Below, piece after piece: positions 1 through 10,586 of a stretch of 24,000 nucleotides of DNA. The position numbers were made by a program, and so were the translations under genes. The stretch lies in contig NZ_SCUT01000030.1 of assembly GCF_004297265.1 (NCBI RefSeq), positions 95,447-119,446 of the forward strand, written 5' to 3'. The notes beneath the pieces are model-generated. The model saw only the letters and a list, made by a program, of their open reading frames with translations, ran no database searches and had not been told where the DNA came from. Numbering within the stretch: position 1 is the first letter of the stretch; each line of letters opens with the position of its first letter. This stretch comes from Reyranella sp. GTDB taxonomy: Bacteria; Pseudomonadota; Alphaproteobacteria; Reyranellales; Reyranellaceae.

Positions 1-1
1 G

Positions 2-649
2 GCGAAGCTGAAGGTCGGCGTTCTGATCTCCGGCCGCGGCAGCAATCTCGCTGCGCTGATCGAGGCGGCACGAGCCGCGGACTATCCCGCCGGAATCGGC
101 TGTGTGGTGAGCAACAAGGCCGAGGCGCCCGGCCTCTCGATCGCCGCCGCGGCCGGCATCCCCACGGCCATCGTCTCGCACCGCGACCATCCCGACCGCG
201 AGACCTTCGATCGCGCCGTCTCGGCGGAACTCGAGCGCCATGGCGTCGAGTTGGTCGTGCTGGCCGGGTTCATGCGCATCTTCAGCCCCTGGTTTCCCGC
301 GCGCTGGGCGAACCGGCTGATCAACATCCACCCATCGCTGTTGCCGGCCTTCAAGGGGACACACGTGCAACGGCAGGCGCTGGCGGCCGGCGTCCGCGTG
401 AGCGGCTGCACGGTCCATCTGGTCATCCCGGATCTCGATTCCGGCCCGATCATCGCGCAGGCGGCGGTACCGGTGTTGGCCGGTGACAGCGAGGAAAAGC
501 TATCGGCACGCATCCTGCGCCAGGAGCACCGCCTCTATCCGCTGGTGGTGCGTTGGTTTGCCGAAGGGCGGATCGCCATCGACGGGCACAGCGTCGCGGT
601 CAAGGGCGTGGCATGCGACGCCACGCTCCTCTTTTCCCGAGAAGCCTAG
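2..649 (+). CDS. purN: Phosphoribosylglycinamide formyltransferase (GAR transformylase), 5' end cut by window edge
   Basis: The frame of listed ORF 104..649 stays open back to nt 2 (AKLKVGVLISGRGSNLAALIEAA...). It carries the PurN-type motifs GRGSNL, NIHPSLLP and SGCTVH...DSGPII. Stop TAG at 647-649. Confidence 0.9.
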   Translation, partial: AKLKVGVLISGRGSNLAALIEAARAADYPAGIGCVVSNKAEAPGLSIAAAAGIPTAIVSHRDHPDRETFDRAVSAELERHGVELVVLAGFMRIFSPWFPARWANRLINIHPSLLPAFKGTHVQRQALAAGVRVSGCTVHLVIPDLDSGPIIAQAAVPVLAGDSEEKLSARILRQEHRLYPLVVRWFAEGRIAIDGHSVAVKGVACDATLLFSREA

Positions 650-690
650 TCCGATATAAGATCGCCAACGATTTCAAGCGGGGATGAGAT

Positions 691-894
691 ATGGCTGAAG
701 CAACGGATGACTATCCGGCTCATTTGGCGACCTACACGTCCTTCAACAAACTGGTGACGTTCGGGATTCTTTGGATCGTCCTCCTGCTGGTATCCATGGC
801 CCTCGGCCTGGTCGGCCATCTGCCGCTCCTCGGCCTCTTGCTGGGCGTCGGCGGCTCGATCGCCCTCCTGATTGCGTTTGCCGTCCTGAACTGA
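691..894 (+). CDS. Small two-TM membrane protein, possibly aa3-type cytochrome c oxidase subunit IV-like (COX4_pro_2-like)
   Basis: ATG start at 691, 67 aa. Polar N-terminus (H..TY..F) followed by two hydrophobic helices (LVTFGILWIVLLLVSMALGLV and LPLLGLLLGVGGSIALLIAFAVL), with a strong terminator just downstream. The functional call rests only on a remembered family pattern. Confidence 0.45.
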   Translation: MAEATDDYPAHLATYTSFNKLVTFGILWIVLLLVSMALGLVGHLPLLGLLLGVGGSIALLIAFAVLN

Positions 895-914
895 CGTCCG
901 GAAACGGATCGACC

Positions 915-947
915 AAAAGAAAAGCGGCCCTTTCGGGCCGCTTTTTT
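915..947. terminator. Bidirectional rho-independent terminator shared by the small membrane gene (+) and ndk (-)
   Basis: Perfect 8-bp GC-rich stem agcggccc (923-930) / gggccgct (935-942) with a tttc loop. It is flanked by an A-run (915-923) on one side and a T-run (942-947) on the other. Confidence 0.75.
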
Positions 948-967
948 CGTATCCGGGCCGTTTCGCG

Positions 968-1390
968 TCAGCCGACGATCTCGGAGCCCGCGAAGAAGTA
1001 GGCGATCTCGATGGCCGCGTTCTCCGGCGAGTCGGAGCCGTGCACCGAATTGGCCTCGATCGACTCGGCGAAGTCCTTGCGGATCGTGCCGGCGTCGGCG
1101 TTGGCCGGGTTGGTGGCGCCCATGATCTCGCGGTTCTTCGCGACGGCATTCTCGCCTTCCAGGACCTGCACGACGACCGGGCCGGACGTCATGAAAGTGC
1201 AGAGGTCGTTGAAGAACGGACGGGCCTTGTGCACGCCGTAGAACTGCTCGGCCTGCTGGCGGCTCATCTGGATGCGCTTCTGGGCGACGATGCGCAGGCC
1301 CTTCTCCTCGAACCGGGCGTTGATCTTGCCGGTCAGGTTCCGGCGGGTCGCATCCGGCTTGATGATCGAGAAAGTACGTTCGACGGCCAT
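968..1390 (-). CDS. ndk: Nucleoside diphosphate kinase
   Basis: The last 140 aa of listed ORF 968..2977(-) read [14 protein letters not shown]...NSVHGSDS...YFF, a full-length NDK with the active-site His motif. ATG at 1388-1390, GAGGGA RBS just upstream. The rest of that long ORF is antisense shadow of the ABC-F gene. Confidence 0.95.
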   Translation of the reverse strand: MAVERTFSIIKPDATRRNLTGKINARFEEKGLRIVAQKRIQMSRQQAEQFYGVHKARPFFNDLCTFMTSGPVVVQVLEGENAVAKNREIMGATNPANADAGTIRKDFAESIEANSVHGSDSPENAAIEIAYFFAGSEIVG

Positions 1391-1516
1391 GAATTCCCTC
1401 GTGGAGGCAGTGATTTCAGCGCTTGGGCGCGCCTTATAGACGCGGGGTTTGGACCCCGCAAGCGCGGCCAATGCGCTTGGTTTGCGGCCAAATCGCATGG
1501 TAAATGCCCGCCGCCC

Positions 1517-3394
<1,878 letters not shown>

Positions 3395-3397
3395 ATC

Positions 3398-4624
3398 CTA
3401 CTCGGCGACGGCCGGATAGGCCTTCGGCGCGGCGCTCTGCCGGATCAGCATCACCAGGCCGGCATTGACCGTATAGAGCCCGACTGCGATCCAGAAAATC
3501 GCCGTCGGCAGGCCCACGTTCATCAGCACGCCGAACAGCGGCGGCGCCACGAACGAGCCGATATCGAGCCCCGAATAGACGAAGCCGAAGACCTTGCCGG
3601 AAGCGCCCGGTGGCGTCGCATTGCGCACGATCATGTCGCGCGACGGATTGGTAACGCCGCCCGCCGCACCGGCCAGCGCCAGCAGGAACGGCAGCAAGGT
3701 CGGCGACACGGTCTGCGTGGCGATCGGCACCGTGAGGCAGGCGGCGGCCAACAGGCCAAACGACGCGACAAGGTCGTGCCGACGCACGCGGTCGGCGAAG
3801 TAGCCGCCCACCAGGATGCCGGCTGCAGAACCGACGATGAAGACGATCAGGCAGAAGGCGGCGTAGTTCTCGGTGACGCCGAACATGCCGCTCCAGGCCG
3901 GAACCGCGAACTGCTGGATGCCGATGGTATTGGCCGCAATCAGCGCGAAATAGAGAAGGCAGAGCAGAAGTGCGGGCTGCAGGAAAAGCGCCAATGCGGG
4001 CTTGGCGCCGTGCTGCGCGGCCGCGGCCCGCACCTTGACGCGATGGTCGACCAGCTGCTCGCGATGGATCAGGACGAGGCCCGACAGGATGAGTCCGGGC
4101 AATGCGCCAATCAGGGCGGCGCCGACCCAGCCGAACAGGCTGTCGAGGAAGTACATCACCGGCGCCGCGGCCCAGCCCAGCGAACCACCGAGACCGTGGA
4201 TGCTGAAGGCACGGCCAAGACGGTTCTGGTTCACCGAGGCATTGAGCAACGCGAAGTCGGCCGGATGAAAGACCGAGTTCCCCAGTCCCGCGATCACCGC
4301 AATGCCGACGAAGCCTACGAAGGAATGCGCGACCGAGATGCACGCAAGGCCGAGACCGACCACGAAGAGACCACCGGCCAGGATCGGCCGGGCGCCGAAA
4401 CGGTCGACGGCGAAGCCGGCCGCCGTCTGCGCCAAACCGGAGACACCGTAGAAGGTGCCTGCGAGCAGACCGACATCGGCATAGGTGAGTCCCGCCTCCT
4501 GGCGAACGATCAGAAGCATCGTCGCGAAGGCGAGCTGGTAGAAGTGGCTGGCGCCATGGGCGACGCCGATCAGGCTGATCACCCTGAAATCATGCTGGAG
4601 CGGTGCAGTGGTTGCAGCGGACAT
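3398..4624 (-). CDS. MFS transporter
   Basis: 408 aa dominated by ~12 hydrophobic segments, with an MFS-like loop motif (GFAVDRFGARP) after TM2. ATG at 4622-4624 with a GAGAGG RBS 4 nt upstream. Confidence 0.8.
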   Translation of the reverse strand: MSAATTAPLQHDFRVISLIGVAHGASHFYQLAFATMLLIVRQEAGLTYADVGLLAGTFYGVSGLAQTAAGFAVDRFGARPILAGGLFVVGLGLACISVAHSFVGFVGIAVIAGLGNSVFHPADFALLNASVNQNRLGRAFSIHGLGGSLGWAAAPVMYFLDSLFGWVGAALIGALPGLILSGLVLIHREQLVDHRVKVRAAAAQHGAKPALALFLQPALLLCLLYFALIAANTIGIQQFAVPAWSGMFGVTENYAAFCLIVFIVGSAAGILVGGYFADRVRRHDLVASFGLLAAACLTVPIATQTVSPTLLPFLLALAGAAGGVTNPSRDMIVRNATPPGASGKVFGFVYSGLDIGSFVAPPLFGVLMNVGLPTAIFWIAVGLYTVNAGLVMLIRQSAAPKAYPAVAE

Positions 4625-4759
4625 GAAGACCTCTCGTTTCCATCATAGGCGATCCGCATCGCGGACGTTGGCGGAAATGCGCGGGGGAGCCATGCGCATG
4701 TAATGACGGGCTGCAGCGGGCCTTGTAGTGTCCCCGCCGGCAAAAGGGAGAAACGCATC

Positions 4760-5797
4760 ATGAAGCGCTGGAAGCATCGCCCTGAAGGATCGACCTGGGG
4801 CGACTGGGGTGACGACGATCAGCTCGGCCGCCTGAACCTGATCACGCCTAAGAAGGTGATGGAGGGCATCGCCGAGGTGAAGGAAGGCATTTCATTCTGC
4901 CTGAGCTTGCCGCTCGACTTTCCGGGCGGCAACGTGCTGAACCCTCGCCGCCTGCCGCCGGTCCTTTCCCCCACCGGTGACGAGAATGGCTGGCGCTTCA
5001 ACTTCCTCACCAACAGCCTCAATCCCCAGTTCGTGGACGTGGCGAGCGACGACCGGGTGATCCTGACGCTGCAGTATTCGACGCAGTGGGACACGCTGGC
5101 GCATGTCGGTGGCCTGTTCGACGCCGACGGCGACGGTGTGCCCGAACCGCTCTACTACAATGGCTTCAAGGCCGGCTCCGACGTGGTCGGGCCGCAACCC
5201 GACGCCGGCCGCGACGGCTGCGGCCACCTTTCCTATGCCCACAAGCTCGGCGTGGAGAACATGGCGGCCAAGGCGATCCAGGGCCGCGCCGTTCTCGTTG
5301 ACCTCGAGAAGCATTACGGCCGCGACCATAAGTATGTGAGCTACGACGACTTCAAGCGCGTGCTCGATACCGACAAGGTGATCGTGGAGCCCGGCGACAT
5401 GCTGCTGCTCTATACGGGCTTCACCGACGAGATCATGAAGATGAACAAGAACGTCGACCCGGCGCGCGCGCATGCGATGTGCTGCGTCCTCGACGGCCGC
5501 GACAGTCGCCTGCTGCAGTGGATCACCGACAGCCAGATCTCGGCCCTGATCGCCGACAATTACGGCGTCGAGGCCGTTCCGGCGAAGCCTGGTCCCGAGA
5601 ATTCCGAGCACCCCTCACTGCCGATCCACAATCACTGCCTGTTCAAGCTGGGGCTGAACCTCGGCGAGATCTGGTGGCTGAAGGACCTTGCCCTGTGGCT
5701 GCGCGACCGGAAGCGCTCGCGCTTCCTGCTGACCGCGCCGCCACTGCGTCTTCCGGGCGCGGTCGGCTCGCCTGCGACCCCGGTCGCCACGGTCTGA
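4760..5797 (+). CDS. Cyclase-family protein (kynurenine formamidase-like fold), variant metal motif
   Basis: Internal ATG at 4760 with a GGGAG RBS. The N-terminus WGDWGDDDQLGRLNLITPKKVMEGIAEVKEG is typical of putative cyclase family members. The expected HxGTHxDxPxH region reads YSTQWDTLAH. Confidence 0.6.
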   Translation: MKRWKHRPEGSTWGDWGDDDQLGRLNLITPKKVMEGIAEVKEGISFCLSLPLDFPGGNVLNPRRLPPVLSPTGDENGWRFNFLTNSLNPQFVDVASDDRVILTLQYSTQWDTLAHVGGLFDADGDGVPEPLYYNGFKAGSDVVGPQPDAGRDGCGHLSYAHKLGVENMAAKAIQGRAVLVDLEKHYGRDHKYVSYDDFKRVLDTDKVIVEPGDMLLLYTGFTDEIMKMNKNVDPARAHAMCCVLDGRDSRLLQWITDSQISALIADNYGVEAVPAKPGPENSEHPSLPIHNHCLFKLGLNLGEIWWLKDLALWLRDRKRSRFLLTAPPLRLPGAVGSPATPVATV

Positions 5798-5811
5798 GTT
5801 TGGCCATCGCG

Positions 5812-6897
5812 ATGTCGTTCCCGGCGTTCGTCGCTCGAGGGCTGAAGGCGGAACGGTTCGCGCTGCTGGACATCGGCTGCTCCGGCGGCCTCGATCTGAA
5901 ATGGCGCGCCTTCGGCGAGCAACTGAAGGCGCTGGGCATCGATGCCAGCGCGAGCGAGTGCGAGCGTCTCGCCGCCGCCGAGCGCAATCCGGAAGTTTCG
6001 TACGTCGCGGCCTTCGTGAGCCCCCGCGCCGACGAGCCGATCGACCTGTCGGCCGGCCCGGCGGCGCCGCTGATCATGATGATGCGCGATCGCATGAGCT
6101 TCATGCGGACGCGCGAGATCCGCGACGCCAAGCTACGAACCGCGTCGACCGAGGAACAGCTCCGGCACAATGCCTGGGAACTGACCGGGCTCGCCGATCC
6201 GAACAAGCCGGTGGTCGTGCCCGACCTTCTGGCGGAACGTGGCTGGACCGATCTCGACTACATGAAGATCGATACCGACGGCATCGACTGGCAGATCCTG
6301 CAGAGCTTCGAGGGCCGCTTGCCCGCGAACCTCCTGGCCGTGCAGATGGAAGTGAACTTCGTGGGTGACGGCGCCGACGACGAGCATTCCTTCCACAACA
6401 CCGACCGCTTCATGCGCCGTCATGGCTTCGATCTCTTCCGGCTCGACGTTCGCAACTACTCCTCGCGCGCGCTGCCTGCCCGGTACATTTGGCCGACCCC
6501 GGCCGAGACTCATTCCGGCCGACCCTTCCAGGGTGAAGCCTACTACGCACTCGATCTCCTGGGTCCGAACGGTCCGGCAAGGCTTGCGAGCCTCAGTGCC
6601 GAGAAAGTGGCCAAGCTGGCGGCGATCCTGTCGGCCTGGGACGTGCCCGATGCCGCCGCCGAAATTCTGCTCGGTTGTCGCGACAGGCTGAAGCCGGTGA
6701 TCGATGTCGACCGCGGTCTCGATCTGCTCGCGGCGCAGGCCCAGGGCGACCGCGCCCGGCCACTGGACTATCGAAGCTACATGGCCCGCTTCGAATCCGA
6801 TCCGCCGGACTTCTACCGGCCCGAGGGGCCGATACCCCTGCGCGAGCGTCTCGCCGCTGCCTGGCAGGCCTATCTGAGACCGCGCGACAGGCGTTAG
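5812..6897 (+). CDS. FkbM-family (Methyltransf_21-like) SAM-dependent methyltransferase
   Basis: ATG at 5812, 14 nt after the upstream stop. Motif I LLDIGCSGG near the N-terminus and the FkbM-type YMKIDTDGIDWQILQS motif. The upstream part of listed ORF 5479..6897 overlaps the cyclase gene and is Arg/Pro-rich shadow. Confidence 0.55.
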   Translation: MSFPAFVARGLKAERFALLDIGCSGGLDLKWRAFGEQLKALGIDASASECERLAAAERNPEVSYVAAFVSPRADEPIDLSAGPAAPLIMMMRDRMSFMRTREIRDAKLRTASTEEQLRHNAWELTGLADPNKPVVVPDLLAERGWTDLDYMKIDTDGIDWQILQSFEGRLPANLLAVQMEVNFVGDGADDEHSFHNTDRFMRRHGFDLFRLDVRNYSSRALPARYIWPTPAETHSGRPFQGEAYYALDLLGPNGPARLASLSAEKVAKLAAILSAWDVPDAAAEILLGCRDRLKPVIDVDRGLDLLAAQAQGDRARPLDYRSYMARFESDPPDFYRPEGPIPLRERLAAAWQAYLRPRDRR

Positions 6898-6898
6898 C

Positions 6899-7351
6899 TC
6901 AAGCCTTCTTCTCCCAGCCGCCGGTGTCGGTCTGCTGCCAGTAGGCCACGGTGTGGCCCGCCCTCTTGTATTCCTTCCAGCGCTCGCGCGCATCGGCGAC
7001 CGCGGTGTCGTCCCGGCCGTCGAACAATTCGAAGCAGCGCTTGTAATCGCCGACCTTCCCGGACTTTGCCCGGTCGGCGACGAAGAGAAATGCGGCGCCG
7101 TTCGGATTCTCGTCCAAATGCGTCAGCCAGATGGGCTGGCGATCGGCCTCGCCATCGCGCGCGGCACCGTGCGGCAGGAAGCCGTTGGGATCGTAGACCC
7201 AGAGATGCGTGTTCAACGCGTCCACGCGCTCCGGCGATCCGAGCATCACCACCGCCCGCTCCCCCGCCTGCAATGTCTTGGTCAGCAGGCGTGGCAGCGT
7301 GTCTTCGAGTGACGATCGGGTCAGGTGGTAGAAGTTGACCTCGGTCGCCAT
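6899..7351 (-). CDS. holC: DNA polymerase III subunit chi
   Basis: 150 aa, N-terminus MATEVNFYHL with chi-like layout. It lies 7 nt downstream of pepA on the same strand, the classic pepA-holC pairing. Confidence 0.85.
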   Translation of the reverse strand: MATEVNFYHLTRSSLEDTLPRLLTKTLQAGERAVVMLGSPERVDALNTHLWVYDPNGFLPHGAARDGEADRQPIWLTHLDENPNGAAFLFVADRAKSGKVGDYKRCFELFDGRDDTAVADARERWKEYKRAGHTVAYWQQTDTGGWEKKA

Positions 7352-7358
7352 CGGCGGA

Positions 7359-8852
7359 TCAGCGCTCGTAGTTCTCGGCGATCAGCCGGTCGAGCAGGCG
7401 CACGCCGAAAGCGGTCGCACCCTTGGGCGTGGTGGTGTCGCCCTTGCCCGACCAGGCGACGCCCGCGATGTCGATATGCGCCCAGGCCACCCCCTCCTGC
7501 ACGAAGCGCTGCAGGAATTGCGCGGCCGTGATGGAGCCGCCATCTCGCCCGCCGCCCACATTCTTCATGTCGGCGATTTCGGACTCGATCAGCTTGTCGT
7601 ACTTCGGTCCGAGCGGCATGCGCCACAGCTTCTCGCCGATTCCGGAACCGGCCGCGCGCAACCGGTTGGACAGCTCCGTGTCGTTGCAGAACAGACCCGC
7701 GCGCTCATGGCCCAGCGCGACGATGATCGCGCCGGTCAGCGTCGACAGCTCGACCATCGCCTGCGGCTTGAACTTCTGCTGCGCGTACCACATGGCGTCG
7801 CACAGGATCAGCCGGCCTTCGGCGTCGGTATTGATGACCTCAACCGTCTGTCCCGACATCGATTTCACGACGTCGCCCGGACGCTGGGCATTGCCGTCGG
7901 GCATGTTCTCGACGAGCGCGCACACCGCCACGACATTCGCCTTGGCCTTGCGGCCGGCGATCAGGCGCATCGCACCGGTGACCGCACCGGCGCCGCCCAT
8001 GTCCCATTTCATGTCTTCCATGCCGGCGGCCGGCTTCAGCGAGATACCGCCGGTATCGAAGCACACGCCCTTGCCGATCAGGGCGACAGGAGCCTGCCCC
8101 TTCGGGCCGTTCATCCACTTCATGACGAGGAGCTGGGAGTCGCGGCCGCTGCCCTGCCCAACGGCCAGCAGCGTCTCCATGCCGAGCTTCTTCATCTGGG
8201 CCTCACCCAGGATTTCCACTTTCACGCCGAGCTTGGTGAGCTCCTTGGCGCGGCGGGCGAATTCCGCCGGAAAGAGAACGTTCGGCGGCTCGCTCACCAG
8301 GTCGCGAGTCAGGAACACCGCATCCACCACCGGCTCAAGCTGGCCGTAGGCCTTCCGCGCATCGGCGGGTGTGGCCAGGACGACGGTGAGGCGCTGGAGC
8401 GACAACTTCTGATCCGGCTTGTCCTTGGTCTTGTACTTGTCGAAACGGTAGCTGCGCAGGCGGACACCCAGCGCGAGATGAGCGGCCAACTGCGCCGGCG
8501 ACAGACGGCTCCCCTTGACCGGGTCGACGACCACGGTCACGGCGGTATGGCCGGCGGCATTGGCCTCGGCGGCGACCACGCCGCCCAGTTCCTCGGCTGC
8601 CCGCGCATCGAGATCCTGCCCCTTGCCGACGCCAAGCAGCAGCAGGCGTGCAATATCGCCGGACTGGCCCAGGACGGTCTGGGTCTGGCCCTTGGCTCCG
8701 GTGAAGCGCCCCGCCTCCAGGGCGCGGGTGACGGCCCCGCCGGCCGCCTGGTCGACGGCTTCAGCCGTCGCCAGAAGCTGCTTCTCCGCGCCAACAAACA
8801 CCGCAACATTGCCGGCAAAGGCCTTCGGAAAGGCCGAAAACTCCACTTTCAT
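7359..8852 (-). CDS. pepA: Leucyl aminopeptidase (M17 family)
   Basis: NTDAEGRLILCD signature plus the M17 metal-site context (VCFDTGG, MKWDMGGAG). Two in-frame ATGs at 8858 and 8852. The AGGGG RBS abuts the first and is well spaced for the second, so 8852 is preferred and 8858 remains possible. Confidence 0.93.
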   Translation of the reverse strand: MKVEFSAFPKAFAGNVAVFVGAEKQLLATAEAVDQAAGGAVTRALEAGRFTGAKGQTQTVLGQSGDIARLLLLGVGKGQDLDARAAEELGGVVAAEANAAGHTAVTVVVDPVKGSRLSPAQLAAHLALGVRLRSYRFDKYKTKDKPDQKLSLQRLTVVLATPADARKAYGQLEPVVDAVFLTRDLVSEPPNVLFPAEFARRAKELTKLGVKVEILGEAQMKKLGMETLLAVGQGSGRDSQLLVMKWMNGPKGQAPVALIGKGVCFDTGGISLKPAAGMEDMKWDMGGAGAVTGAMRLIAGRKAKANVVAVCALVENMPDGNAQRPGDVVKSMSGQTVEVINTDAEGRLILCDAMWYAQQKFKPQAMVELSTLTGAIIVALGHERAGLFCNDTELSNRLRAAGSGIGEKLWRMPLGPKYDKLIESEIADMKNVGGGRDGGSITAAQFLQRFVQEGVAWAHIDIAGVAWSGKGDTTTPKGATAFGVRLLDRLIAENYER

Positions 8853-9002
8853 CCACATCCCCTGCGCCTGGCGCCTCGTTTAATCCAATATTTCACCCCT
8901 GCGACGGGACCGCGCAAGCTGCGTTTGGCCGCCGCGCCCCTGCAAAATCGGAGTGGCATCCGGCCGCTGGCACCAGTATCAGTACCGGCCCTCAAAACGG
9001 AC

Positions 9003-10340
9003 ATGGAAATGACCTCAGCAACTCTGCCTCGCGTCTCGGTCGTCGGTCTCGGCAAGCTCGGTGCCCCTCTGGCCGCGGTTCTCGCCAGCCGCGGCTTCAA
9101 CGTGATCGGCCTCGACGTGAACAAGACGCTGGTCGACGCGATGAACGCCGGCAAGATGCCGATCGTCGAGCCGCAGCTCAACGAGCTGATCGCCGCCAAC
9201 AAGCAGCGTCTGTCGGCAACCATGGACGCCAACGAGGCGATCCAGAAGAGCGACGCCAGCTTCGTGATCGTCCCGACCCCGTCTGACAGCACCGGGTTCT
9301 TTTCCAACCGTTTCGTGCTCCAGGCCATGGAGACGCTCGGCAAGGCCCTGAAGAACAAGCAGGGCTATCATATGGTCGTCATCACCAGCACGGTGATGCC
9401 CGGCACGACCGGCACGGAGATCAAGGACGCCCTCGAGGCGGCCTCCGGCCGCAAGGTCGGGCCGGATCTCGGCCTCTGCTACAATCCGGAATTCATTGCG
9501 CTCGGCAGCGTCGTGCGCGACATGCTCTTCCCCGACTCGATTCTGATCGGCGAGAGCGATACCAAGGCCGGCGACATGCTGCAGACCATCTACCTGCAGA
9601 TGTGTGAAAAGAAGCCGCCGGTGCAGCGCATGAACTTCGTGAACGCCGAACTCACCAAGATTTCGGTCAACACCTACGTCACCACCAAGATCTCCTACGC
9701 CAACATGCTGGCCGACATCTGCGACCGCATCCCCGGCGCCGACGTTGACGCGGTGACCAAGGCGCTGGGCGCCGACACCCGCATCGGCGCGAAGTACCTC
9801 AAGGGCGCGATGGGCTACGGTGGCCCCTGCTTCCCGCGCGACAACGTGGCCTTCGCCGCCTTCGCCCGCAAGATCGGCGCCCGCGCCGATGTGGCCGAGG
9901 CGACTGACCGCATCAACAACTTCCAGGTGGAGCGTCTTTCCACCCTCGTTTCGAAGTTCGCGAAGGCGGGCACGCGCATCGCCATACTCGGCCTTTCCTA
10001 CAAGCCGCAGACGCCGGTGGTGGAAGAGAGCCACAGCGTGAAGCTCGCCGCCAAGCTTGCCGACGCGGGCTATGTCGTCACCGTGCACGATCCGCTGGCG
10101 CAGGATGCGGCGCTGGCCGTTCTGGGTGACAAAGTGGTCGGCGCCTCCTCGATCGAAGGCGCGGTCCGCGAATGCGACCTGCTGATCGTCGCGACCGGTT
10201 GGCCGCAATACAAGGAACTCGACCCGGCCTGGTGCAAGCGCAACGGCCAGCGCCTGACCGTACTGGACCTGTGGCGCACCCTCCCCGCCGATACGTTCGA
10301 GGAAGTCGCCGACCTCCTGTATCTCGGATCGGGCCGGTAG
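9003..10340 (+). CDS. Nucleotide-sugar dehydrogenase (UDP-glucose/GDP-mannose dehydrogenase family), substrate unknown
   Basis: Real start at ATG 9003 (or 9009) inside listed ORF 7335..10340; the upstream part is antisense to pepA. N-terminal Rossmann VSVVGLGKLGAPLA, NPEF motif, catalytic-Cys motif GYGGPCFPRDN and a C-terminal UDP-binding-type domain (ILGLSYKPQT). Confidence 0.85.
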   Translation: MEMTSATLPRVSVVGLGKLGAPLAAVLASRGFNVIGLDVNKTLVDAMNAGKMPIVEPQLNELIAANKQRLSATMDANEAIQKSDASFVIVPTPSDSTGFFSNRFVLQAMETLGKALKNKQGYHMVVITSTVMPGTTGTEIKDALEAASGRKVGPDLGLCYNPEFIALGSVVRDMLFPDSILIGESDTKAGDMLQTIYLQMCEKKPPVQRMNFVNAELTKISVNTYVTTKISYANMLADICDRIPGADVDAVTKALGADTRIGAKYLKGAMGYGGPCFPRDNVAFAAFARKIGARADVAEATDRINNFQVERLSTLVSKFAKAGTRIAILGLSYKPQTPVVEESHSVKLAAKLADAGYVVTVHDPLAQDAALAVLGDKVVGASSIEGAVRECDLLIVATGWPQYKELDPAWCKRNGQRLTVLDLWRTLPADTFEEVADLLYLGSGR

Positions 10341-10363
10341 GACCGAGCCCTCATCGGATGACG

Positions 10364-10388
10364 AAGCCCGCCACGTGCGGGCTTTTTC
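10364..10388 (+). terminator. Rho-independent terminator after the dehydrogenase gene
   Basis: Stem aagcccgc (10364-10371) / gcgggctt (10377-10384) with a 5-nt loop, running into a T-run (10383-10387). Confidence 0.6.
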
Positions 10389-10560
10389 ATGCCCTCCCGG
10401 ACAAGCGCGGCGAAGCAAAATCGTCAGCCTCCCCATTCAGATGGGGAGGTGTCGACGTCCTACGTCGACGGAGGGGTCATGAGGCGGTCGTTCGTCCTTC
10501 GGCGCTCTCGGACATTGCAAGCTTGGCGGCTTGTAGCCAAGCCGCAGCCTGTCGCTCAAC

Positions 10561-10581
10561 GGGCCGAGCTTCGCTCGGCCC
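10561..10581 (-). terminator. GC-rich hairpin immediately after the 525-aa GT-like gene (putative terminator, no U-tract)
   Basis: Perfect 9-bp stem gggccgagc (10561-10569) / gctcggccc (10573-10581) with a 3-nt loop, 5 nt beyond the stop at 10587-10589. No T-run follows on the minus strand. Confidence 0.35.
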
Positions 10582-10586
10582 ATACG

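Noticed and set aside
1442-1496. 7-bp hairpin (gcggggt/accccgc, 1442-1459) and a GCGGCCAA direct repeat (1464 and 1484) in the ndk / ABC-F divergent region
   Set aside because: These are short GC-rich words that are easily produced by chance in ~65% GC DNA. The window offers no supporting context, so they are not reported as features.
5479-5811. Upstream extension of the FkbM-type methyltransferase ORF (listed start 5479)
   Set aside because: It overlaps the 3' third of the cyclase-family gene in another frame and is Arg/Pro-rich. The methyltransferase motif I lies 20 aa after the ATG at 5812, as expected for this family.
8954-8985. Sigma-54-like TGGCAC element (8968-8973) upstream of the dehydrogenase gene
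   Set aside because: The -24 half matches, but the expected TTGC(A/T) at the correct spacing reads TCAGT, so there is no -12 GC. I treat it as a chance match.
7335-9002. N-terminal 556 aa of the listed 1001-aa + ORF (7335..10340)
   Set aside because: This part is antisense to pepA, which has unmistakable M17 motifs, and has no recognisable domain. The real dehydrogenase starts at ATG 9003 after a 144-bp intergenic region.
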